Below are positions 38,266-49,168 of a stretch of DNA of 64,000 nucleotides, piece after piece (the stretch's first letter is position 1; every line of letters begins with the position of its first letter). Under the pieces are notes generated by a model that was not told where the DNA came from, did not search any database, and saw only the letters and a program-made list of their open reading frames with translations. The stretch covers positions 8,643 through 72,642 of the forward strand of contig ADNK01002591.1 in assembly GCA_000320545.1 (NCBI GenBank), given 5' to 3'. The translations under genes were made by a program, and so were the position numbers. Origin of the DNA: Bigelowiella natans CCMP2755. Its lineage: Eukaryota > Protista > Cercozoa.

Positions 38266-39099
38266 GGGTGATATCACTGTGTTCAAATTAGATTAGAGAT
38301 GGCAAATATTGATTCGCAAGTTAGTTAAGCATTCAGCGGTTACTGGAACTGATGAAAAACTTTGTCATAGCAGGATAGAATTGTTGTGTTAGAGCGTTAT
38401 TGTGAAGATGTTGCAACCGCTCCCATTTCAAATATTTAGTAATAATACATTGAATTCAACTTGACAAACTACATCGTGATTGACCCCATGCCAGCGAGGA
38501 ATGCGAGCGCCTATCCGCGAAGCAATTCAGTCACGGACGGCTCGCTAGCTCGGCACATCATCTAGATCATTGCGCTTGCTCGATTAGCGCTGCAAGCTAG
38601 TTTCACACAAATTAATATGTGACATGCACATCGCTAGATCGCCGAGCATCTGAGTGATGATGATAAGCAGTGGCACTGCCAGATAGATGCATGGATGATG
38701 ATGAGATAGTGTCTAGTGTGTAGCTAGCTATTATACTATAGTCTATATCGCATGTGCTAGTGTGTGCTGCATGCACCAAGAACTAGCTAGCTATAGAGAA
38801 GGGTATACATGTCTAATAACTGAAAACCTAGATTGCTAGCGCACGTTTAGCAAGTCAAAGTCGCAACTGAGATGTAAGATGGATGTAATAAATCGCATAA
38901 ATTTCTTTATACAAAACGTTATATATCATTGATCATCGCCGTGCGTATACATACATTTGAACGCATAGCTATAAAGGACTGATTCATTCGGATCCGCTAA
39001 ATATCATTTACTTAATAAATCTCACGCTGGTAAGGTAGCTTCGCCTCAATATTTTTCCATGTCCTGTGAGCTAGCCACTGTAGCAGCATCCACGTTTGT

Positions 39100-40762
39100 A
39101 TTCTTCGTTTTGTTCACACTACTCTGTCTCAGTTGTCGCGCACCGTGGAGAATGCGCCGCGTGAAGAACCTTATCGTTTAGTTTCTGGTTTGAAGGCTGC
39201 TGGCCTCCGTTCGTTGTATTCGTAGTAGCGGCGGCACCACCACCATCACTACGGCCTTCAGCTGCTGTAACACCCTCGTCTCTCAGCGTTGTTAGCTTGC
39301 AACGAAGAGTCCCTGAACATGGGAGAGGGAGAGGAGGAGGAGGAGGAGGAGGAGGAGGAGGAGAGGGGAAAGTAAGTCATAAGAGGAGTATATGCATCGA
39401 CGATAGGTCATCATGGCTGCTAACCTATTCCTTGGCACGATGCAGAGAGGATGTCCCCCGCGGTTACAGGCGTTTTGAGAGAGATCTCCGTGTGTTTCGT
39501 GCCCTGATGATGAGGAATGATAGAGGATGATGGATCATCATGATGACGACGACGATGATGATGATGATGATGGTGTTTGAGCTAGGGAGAAAAAGATGAC
39601 ATCATGATGTTCTTTTGCCTATTTAATTAGTATGGTTTGGAAGCTATGCGGAGACAATAAGAACAAGAATCACCGTGAGGATAAGACTGCCCGCTGGGAG
39701 AGTAGTACGCTGCAACAACCAGAGTAAATTGTGATTAAAACGACGACCATCACTACTGCTTACGGGTGTGTAGACAATGTAAACGATGACGGTGCTTGAT
39801 ACCCTAGAAAGCTTTGCTATAAGTCGCGGCACTGAAACGCATAGAGAGGAGGTGTCAAAGTCCTGGAGAATCTCCTCATCGTTCAGATACAACGTCACAC
39901 GAACACGTGAAGGATCGACGAGATCTGAAGGAATTTACGGAATTGCGCAAGAATGAGTTATTGTTGTAGAGCAAAATAGTGATAACGACGATGATGGTGA
40001 TGGCCACATGGACCCCTTCTCCTTCTGGTGTGGAAAACTTTGCGATCTCTTCACGAACGATCCCCACACAGTTCTCGACGTAGACATTATTGACATCATC
40101 ACCGCATCTCCATGACTCAACATCGCATTTTGTTGTTGTTGTTGTTGTTTTCATATTACTACCTTTCATCATGACGTAAGGACCGATGGCAAGGGACTTG
40201 TCTCCATTGTCAGACCAGAAACTAACAATTGATTATCCATGGTGAGATGATGGCGAAGATCGTACCGCGTTGAAGATATACAACGAAGACAATGATGACG
40301 ATAGTCAATTCTTACATGCTCCCTGACGCTTTTCCCCACCACAACTTACTTCGTAAACCCTCGGTTGTCCCTGTCGTGCACCTCGGTTCGCACGCGAATG
40401 CAGATTGTGTAGCCAAGCGTGTAATCGGCCACCTCTCTGGAGCTCACGGCCTGATTGATAGATGATGATGGCCTTGATTGATTAGTGGACAATTCTCATC
40501 ACCTAGTTCCAGTAAGAACTGAATAATAACACTAAACATAAAGCAAAATCTTCTTCGCTGATTGGGTGAAGAGCGAGAGCAGCAACTAACCTTACATTCC
40601 TTAAGCAGGACCACGCCAAGATGAGCTGACGCTACGACCTGCTTGCTCCCATCAGGAATCATCTGGGCAAGAAGGGATAATGTGAAGAACCGATATACAT
40701 GCTGTGGTGGTTGTTCACACAAAGCAACAGCAGCAGCGGATAATAGCTGCCATAAAAACCCG

Positions 40763-40796
<34 letters not shown>

Positions 40797-41190
40797 TCTC
40801 ATAATCTACCAGGCTGCTCTCTGGCCCCACTAGCGACCCCGGGGAGACGACTTGGATCTCCATCGCGTTGCGGTTGAGGGGTGAGAGCCGAGTGCTGTCT
40901 ACATCTGTGACTGTCATGTTCAATCGTGAACGCGCAGCCCTATGGAACCTCCTGAATAGTTATGTAATTATAATTCGGTGCGATGTGATAGCGTGAGGAG
41001 TAACAGCCTAACTGCAAGAAGGCGAATACATTGGTGCTGTGGAGTTGATCTGTGCTCTGATGATCGATAATGCTTGTTATTTTGTTGAAAAGTCCTTCGT
41101 ACCGTTGGCTGCTTCCTACGCTTCGAGAATGCTTTAAATCCTGTGATCTCGTTCTTGGGAATAGTGAGCTTGCGCTCCCTTAACAAACAA
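39100..41190 (-). CDS. Uncharacterised multi-exon gene (boundaries approximate)
   Basis: Open segments with splice-like ends on the minus strand, e.g. ~40595-40950 (...ALCEQPPQHVYRFFTLSLLAQMIPDG...), ~40316-40450 and ~39780-40220. No domain recognised. Confidence 0.35.
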
Positions 41191-41723
41191 ACACATGAAT
41201 AGTGAATGTTTTTACTTTATCAAGAACATTGATCATACCATCAGCATAACACAGCATCAATACCATGACAATACGTAATTACCACGCTGTGCTACCTCTG
41301 CGACTGATGAAAAAGCCTGCTGTTGCAGCTCCTCCTCCTCCTCCTCCTCCTCCTCCTCTCCTGGGAGGGGATGATGATGTTGACGATGGTGACGACAACA
41401 TTGGGGGCACTGCTGCTAAGATTAAGGTTGGCCTGTATGTGAGAATCCTATGCGTGAAGGGAACCATCTTCTTGGTGGGCGTGATGTTGCAGAACATTGA
41501 TCCCTATCAATTACATAACATTCATTAATCAATCGCCAACCCAACTATCGATGTTGTATTAATGAGGATGTGCCACTAACCTCCAACAAGCGGGCGACAC
41601 CATCCCCCATGTCCTCTCCAAAACGTTCGTTCTGCAAAAGGCATGGTAGGCAAGTCCTTGATTGAAAAAACATTCTTCCAGCTTTAGAGCTACGAAAAGT
41701 GGAGATGGACGAGGCAGAAACGG

Positions 41724-41760
41724 TTAGGGGGGGGGAGGGGGAAGGGGAAGGAGGTGGGGG

Positions 41761-41807
<47 letters not shown>

Positions 41808-42306
41808 CGGCATAGAACTGCTACTGACCCCATTCTCATCTATAAATCGAAAGATGTTCCGAGGTTTTGTCAGCTTAGATTCAGCACTATTTTTGCTTGT
41901 CTGGCTTCCATCAGGTGAATATTGCTCCTTTTTGGGAGATGGTGTCCACTCCAGAAGCTGAATTCCTGACTCGTCGGACTTGTCGTCGATGTAGTATGCA
42001 CGGTAGATTCGGTACCCGGTGTAGCATCCTGTTTGGGCGACAAAGCACGTGGTTGGGATAAGGAAGAGGAGCATAGCAGTAAAAGCCAACGTCTATACTA
42101 TTGTTACTACTACTACTACTACTATTACTACTACTTTTAAAGAGGAACTTACCCAAAGCAATCAAGGTTGCCGACGCTCCAGCCCCGGCTATATAGCTCC
42201 ATCTTGTCTGGAATTTGGTGTAAATAATATATGTGAGAGGATGATTTTGGATGGTTTGATAATTGAAACCTTGTCACTTGAGGCCCATCCTCCAATATAT
42301 CTGATA

Positions 42307-42353
<47 letters not shown>

Positions 42354-42651
42354 ATATGAATCAGTGCAAATATATAAAATAACAGAATTGAAACCACAGG
42401 GAAAAATCCTATCATCCAACCAATGATAGAAAGAGAGAAAACGGGGGCTCAAAGGCTGCTTTGAAGACGGAATAAACTACATGTTGCAAACACCCCCACG
42501 ACCAGTGGCTTTGACAACTTTCCCCATTGTACATTATGTGTGCATATGGTGAAATTTTAGAGGATTCCTCAACGTACCCGGTGACAGACCAGCCAGAAGC
42601 CCCGGCGTCGCCACGAGTAGAGGAGAAGGCGGTCGAGGCACGGGCCTCCAT
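41724..42651 (-). CDS. Small uncharacterised protein with one predicted TM segment (3 or more exons)
   Basis: Segments MEARASTAF...WSWGCLQH, ILEDGPQVTRFQL...GNLDCFG and TLAFTAMLLFLIPTTCFVAQTGCY... are bounded by GT/AG and microsatellite introns. It may be joined to the gene on its left. Confidence 0.4.
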
Positions 42652-43781
42652 TTCCAACCGAGCTGAAAGTTAACCGGCAGCTGCTGGAAACACGGTAATA
42701 ATTTAGGCGATTTCTGCCCAAAATAAACCAGACTATTTTTAGCTAAATTGCTTGCTCTTCAGCTGTCGCAGCGATGCAATCTGGACAGGAGGGGGGTTGG
42801 TGAGGCACGGTGCATATTTCCATGTTACGACAAGCTTAGCGTCAGATTTTAGACCTCAAATATCCTAGCTCGAAAGCAATTCATAAAGAAGGGGTATACA
42901 AACGATACGACACAACTAGACCAGCTGCATCACCTCAAACATCCGACAAAATGATGGAAATGCGCTCGAGTAGGATTGTCCCTCAAGTCTTTTAGCCAAA
43001 AGAAATCCGATTACCGTTCAGAAACTTCCGATTTCCTGATTTCTAACGCCTCAAAGATCTTACAGTCACACTAACAACAAGAAAAGCAGCATTCTATGAG
43101 AACCACCTGGTGATTTTGCGGGAAGATTCTTGAATCTTGGATGTCGCACGAATAAAATGCATCGAAATATCGCACTTTAAAAGGGATTTCCAGGATTTCC
43201 ACGAGAAGCCGTCGGCAGATATCTGTGCGCCAGTGGCCACACATGCCCAGGCAAACCGCTGAAGAATTGGTGATGCCGAGGCTTTCGTGAAGGAACAAAG
43301 GCAAACATTCTGTCACAGGGACTAAATGTATCCTAATTCCCTTTCTTGTACGGAAACTCAGTACTCAGCGCACGGAACTGGTTGGAAGAACTGATTTCTC
43401 TCTCGTGCGTTCCCTCTCGCCGAGAATCCTTATCAATGATGCGCTTCGAATCGGTGCTTCATGATTTCTTATCGATTTTAGAAGGAATGTCGGCAAGGCT
43501 TGCCGTCTGCTTGATATAAAAGTCGGTAGAGAGGCTTTGACAAAAGCCCAGAGAATTTCTCTGGGCTTTTACAGATTAGAGCACAATCTCATTTACAGCT
43601 CGAAGTCCGATGAACATTAGGCAGTCAATGTGTGATATATACAGTTTTGTCTTAAATTCGCGAGCACTGCCTGAGGCATTAATCAGTGCCCTTCAGAGAT
43701 TTTTTAATGATGGGGCCTACTAGCATAGTTTACGTCGTCCTCGCGTCGTCGTCATTGTAGCATGCCGTCGCTCATTTATCG

Positions 43782-45634
43782 ATGTCATCGTTATCACCAA
43801 CATCAGCGTCATTATTCTTAGCATGCATTGTCATTCCTGAACTTCCCTTTCAACTCATTCAGTCTCCATGCTTCCGCGGTGGTTTTACCTCGGCTCTGCT
43901 CCTGCTCCTCGTTGCATCCGTGCCACTTCTCTTACTTGCAAGGAACCCACCATCCCCTTGGCGATATGATGAGTTGCAGCCGCGTAATCATCATCGTCGT
44001 GCTGACAATGTTGGAATCGGGCCTAGATACCACCGTGGAAATTACTACAACAACCATGGGTCTGGTTCATATTCGCACGTAAAGGAGCTCACTCCAAAGA
44101 GAGCGAGGAGAGTCCGCACGTACTCGGCGGCAGGCAAATTGCGAAGCTCCGAGGTCCTGTCCGCTGCTGAGAGAAAGAAACTCGACGCGTCTGACGACTC
44201 TCTCTTCTATGGGTAAATGCCAGCATGCGTCGTACACAATTACTCCAACTGTTTCTTCGGAGGTTGTTTGAGCGAGGGGGGAGAAAATTTGTGAGTGTGA
44301 ATTAGTCATCATCCGTGTCTTGATGACCGAGTTCCTTCGAACACCTGGTCACTACTACTACTACTACTGCTACTACCACTACTTTTACATTTTACACCAC
44401 GCAAACTTGGCAGATTTCCGAGGATGGTGCAGCACGTGGACGAGAGCTTCCTTGCTCAGCTGACGCAGCTGTAATATTTGCCAAATCTCTCGGACAGACA
44501 AACATATAGACAAATATAGAGTGGTTTCAATATGATGGTAATGATGATGACACCAAGATGAGGGAAGAAGAGTAGAATGGATATACTCGGAAAGATAAGC
44601 ATCCACTACTAAGTTTCTCCCCACATGCGGTTTAAGTGATAAAGCGGTCCATGCAATTATTCATTAGGTACCGCAAACTAGTTCCATCGAACGCGGATGT
44701 GATCGATCTCTGCACTGCATTTGACTCCCACCTCCCGCCTGAAATCACTTACAACTCCGTCGTAGGGTAGTAGTAGTAGTAGTGGTAGCGATTCTTGCAG
44801 TCTCTCGAATATCGAAGTAAACTTCCAAAAAGGCATCACATCTTACACATACGGGGTTTGGTAGTCCAAAATGATGTTTTTGTATTGCGAATCACTGTAT
44901 TCACGACATTCTTCTTCTCTTGTATCATCGCTATTGCTGTGATATGGACGATAACAATAATTTGTTTTGCATATATTGTTAATAATTAGGCATGGAATGA
45001 ACGAAAAGGAGCTCGCAGCAAACCCTCGCTTGCACCGCTTCTACACGCGTAATCTCAACGAAGACCCTACGATTGATCTCGGTATGCTGCTCAACTCTGT
45101 CATTCTTTCCAAAAGCAAATAAAAAAGAGGAGGAGGATGAAAGATCAGAGTGATTCGAGACAAAAAAAGTCACGATCACAAGGAGAAGTTAAAAACATTC
45201 TACTCCTGTAACACAGCATGTAGGACAGACGAGCAATCTTTTAATAACCTTTTCTCTATAAAGAAGACTGCTACGGAAGCTCGCTTTCCATTCTCAGTGA
45301 TATCGCTGATATCTCTGCAACTCACTTCACCAAATCTCACTTTTGTATTCATCGCAACCGTCATCATCATAATTCACATATCACATGCAGAGGACCAGTC
45401 TGTTGACGCCGTACTAATGTGTGTTTCCATCCAGTAAGAGAACAAATAGCAGTCACTACTTCACATTAAAACCAAAAGAGATAGGAAAGTGTCTTTTATC
45501 AGCTGACTATTTAATGCTTGATCAAGGTACATGCAGCAGCCTGAGAAGCTCTTTAGTGAGATATTTCGGGTGCTGAAGCCTGGTGGTGTTGCTATTATAA
45601 GCTTCTCCAATCGAATGTTCTATTCCAAGGTGGT

Positions 45635-45670
<36 letters not shown>

Positions 45671-46316
45671 ATCAAGCGACTCTCCCCCTCCCCCCTCCCA
45701 CTTATATGACACTGACAATTAAGCCCCCTTCCGCATAGGCAATCGGTAAATGGAAGGAACTCGAAGAAGACGGCAGAGCAGACTTGGTTGCAAACTACTT
45801 CTATAACGTCAAGGGATTCTCGGTTCTACTATTACTACTACTACAACTACTACTACGAGCTTCCCTCCCTTTTCTGCAAGGAGCTCCTAAAATGGCAGAA
45901 CACTTCACACGATATCAATACAAATACAACGAGCATGCAAACGCAAGATTACTTCCTGCGCTCCAAGAATAAGAATAATAAAAAACCATAGTGATTTTCT
46001 TTTGGTGAGACGCGTTCTTATTTGCACTCTTATTGCCTTCTAATGCCTTCCCTTCAGGCACCAGAGATTGTCACGAATGTGCCATTGCCGGGAGATCTTC
46101 CTAATATACCAATCATTGGAGGCTTGCTCAACCAAATCTCCCGAGCAATCAGGCATGCAAGAGAGAGACGAGAGGAAATGTGATAGGGAGAAGACATTGT
46201 CACAACCTTCATCATCTGAGCTCCCCCCCCATACGCAATATAGGTTTGGAGGAGTCCCTGATCCTTTTACAGCGGTGGTAGCGTACAGGAACTTCAAGAG
46301 GATGAACCTAGATTAG
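43782..46316 (+). CDS. SAM-dependent methyltransferase type 11 (cyanobacterial/plastid-type) with bipartite targeting leader, ~9 exons
   Basis: Spliced translation reads ERKKLDASDDSLFYG-FPRMVQHVDESFLAQLTQLYR...VIDLCTAFDSHLP...GMNEKELAANPRL...NLNEDP...DQSVDAVLMCVSIQYMQQPEKLFSEIFRVLKPGGVAIISFSNRMFYSKAI...DPFTAVVAYR. A hydrophobic ALLLLLVASVPLLLLA is followed by an Arg/His-rich transit-like stretch. Confidence 0.9.
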
Positions 46317-47370
46317 AGGGGGGCAGAGAATTGCCATCGCAAGTTATCAGACGAATAGAGGAGGAGAACAGCTGCATGCTTTCTTCGTGTGAACCTTAAG
46401 AACAGCAGATATACGATGTACAGGCCTTCATCCCAAGAGATCATCCCAAACCTCGATCATCTCGCCGGCACAAATATTTAATATTGTTTATGTATATATT
46501 TATTTTCTTCGATAAAAACAGCAGTCCCCTCCCTAATTTAGGGAATAATCGTGTACTTTCTCGCGCTAACAGAGAGGAAGACACATTCAGAAAATTGACT
46601 GTTCGTTCTCAATAACAGATAACGACTTTCTTTAAAAATTCAGTGTCCTTAGTCCATTGAGTACTGAATACTAAATCGGCATATGCTGTACAAGAGAATC
46701 AGTTGCGATTGAATGACCGCAGTGATAGATGAATGCTCATACCCTCGGTGTTATAACACAAAATGATATGCATGTGTAAAAATGAATGGAATTTTACATG
46801 CCGGCTGTTGTACTAGTAGGCTGTGCGTGCGTGTGCCGTCGCTGCCGCGATCACACTGCAGCAATGAGCGAGTGACACAATAGCAAGAGAATTGAAACCG
46901 AAGTGCAATGTACATTTGCAGCACATCTAGCGTCATCGCCGACTGCAGCTGTGAGCAGTAGTGCAACACTACGTGCGCTACTGCAGAGCCATCAAGGCTA
47001 CACAGCGCACGCACGTGTACGAACACATGTTGCAGTGACGAAGTGTGCCATGTGGGACAAACCAAGTGCAACCAATGACTTCAAACGATGTGATGGATTG
47101 TTGTCAACAGCGTGCAGCGCAGCAATCATGTCCCACACTCAGTTTGAAGATGGAGTTCACCCGCCACGTGCATCCACTGACAATGGCTGACTCAATTAGC
47201 TGGCCACCTTCACGTCGATGCGAGTGGTCTTCTCACAGATCACAAGAAACAAGAACACAATGTGCCGGGGGATGTGCCAAGACCAATGAACACCCACATG
47301 GGATGTGTTGCAGATCGTTGCAGATCACTGTGGATGATCTGTGGAAAAAAAATGAAGAACATGCGACAGA

Positions 47371-48800
47371 ACAATGAACAATGAACAATGATGACGAACC
47401 ACATTTCCAAAATGTTGCAAGACATTTGCAGTGTTCGAAATGCAGTGCCTCGAACAGACATCGCAGTTTGTCTAGCACCATGCACGATGTGGACCTGTCA
47501 TGTGTCAAACCAGGAACAATGAACAATGAACAATGATGATGAACTGCATTTCCAAAGTGTGACAAGACATTTGCAGTGTGCGAAATGCAGTGCCTCGAAC
47601 CAACTTCAGTGAGGTCCAACTGGTGAAACCATGAGGAATCAAGAATGGCATTCTGGCCACTCCTCCGTTCCTAGTTTCATTGTCTTCAGTGCCTGATGTT
47701 TGCCAACTTCAGGACCACGCATCCCTGAATCCTGCCGTGATGGTTTGCTCATGCTTGGAGATCACCAAGCAAGAACACCACACCCACCTAGCCACGAACC
47801 CCAAGCGAACAATCCTGTGGACCACACCTTCATGGAAACAATGAAACAATGAAGCAATGATGAAAAACTGCACTTCCAAAGTGTTGCAAGACACTTGCAG
47901 CGTGCAAAATGCAGTGCCTCGAACTGGTTTCAGTGAGGACTGTGACCAGCAAATCAACTAGCTGGTTTGCCAAAATGGCATGACTTGGTCATTGAGAAGC
48001 AATGACATTGGCAGCAAAATTCTGACGGCGCAAGACCTCCATTCTGAGCAAAAACTTCCTGAAGGCCATGTCCACAAGACGATCTACGATTGGATCATCT
48101 GAGGGGGCCCCCAGCAGAATTTTGGTTTTGGAGGAGTCTGGAGCGTCAAAGAATGAAGAGTGGAGGGAAGAAGCTGAACTCAGAGCTGATCTCACGTGCG
48201 AGAGAAGCTTGCATCTCTCTGCATTCAAGTGAGTGCAATGATGGATGAGGTGGTTGACACTTTGAACAACTTCAGCATTGCAAAGAGGACACACCGAGAA
48301 AGAGGGGGGCAAGTTGCAAATTTCAGCCCTGTGTTCCTCAGTTTCGCAAGTCCCAGCGCGGAGCTGAAGTTTGAGCAACACGCCTGAATTGTCATGCCAA
48401 TCATCAAGATGACACTCAAACAATCTGGAAGCTGGCCTTCCAATGTGGCTCCTCGCCCAGGCTCTGGATCTGCAAATTGGGGTGTCGGGTTTGACGAACG
48501 AACAAAAGCTGCGACACAAGTTGCCATTGGTGGACAGGTGAGCCCTGACTCTGCGATTGAGGTCAACATCAACCAGTTTTGGATGGGACTGGTCCAAGTT
48601 GACTGACAGGTCCAAGCCACAGGCAGATTGGTCACAGCCAGTGACACGGTGAAGAACAGACCTAACGTTGTGACCCCAACTTGAGCACAGAGCATCAGCC
48701 TGATCATGGATCCAGGAGCATTTGTCATTCACATGCTGTTTCATTGCCGACAAATCAGAGAGGAAAATGCCCAAAACCCAGTGGAAAAAAGCGCTTGAAA
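47371..48800 (-). mobile_element. Decayed, 5'-truncated non-LTR (LINE-like) retrotransposon: ORF2 C-terminus, 3' UTR and tail, plus two extra stacked 3'-end fragments
   Basis: ORF 47989-48825 carries LKLQLRAGT...CPLCNAEVVQSVNHLIHHCTHLNAER, the CCHC knuckle found after LINE RT domains. An ~85-bp unit ending on minus in (ttcattg)n occurs at ~47837-47924, ~47515-47600 and ~47371-47455. No RT core is visible. Confidence 0.7.
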
Positions 48801-49168
48801 CTGCATGTAGTTGAGTCGAAGGCATGCACTAGTGCTGCGCGCGCTACATCTAGAACTGTTTCTAGATCGGTAACCTGGTCTACCTTTGTCGCTGCTGATC
48901 AATTTGTGGCCATTTCAATCACAATTTGCATCAACGCATCAACAAACATGTTCTGCGAGAAACCGACAAATCTGGAAATCCTCCGCTCACACCATTTCGC
49001 GTGAAGCTGTCGTCGTTTTTACCGTCGTTCACATCATCATCATCAACTGTTCCAACTTTTGCTGCCTTCACAGAGCAGCAGTGAGCACATCGTAGAGATT
49101 GACAGTAGTGGTTGTCTGTTTGATGTTGTGGAAACTCATTCTTAAAGTCAACAAGATTTTGGGGTGAA

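Noticed and set aside
46751-48728. Dense overlapping Cys/His/Met-rich ORFs on both strands (also 30.5-31.0 and 53.4-54.2 kb) as novel metal-binding peptides
   Set aside because: Loss of TA removes TAA/TAG stops and Tyr codons, which artificially opens frames and enriches Cys/His.
47041-48780. CpG methylation/deamination as the cause of the TG/CA excess
   Set aside because: CG is still frequent in the islands while TA is the missing dinucleotide, and paired repeat copies show TA opposite TG/CA.
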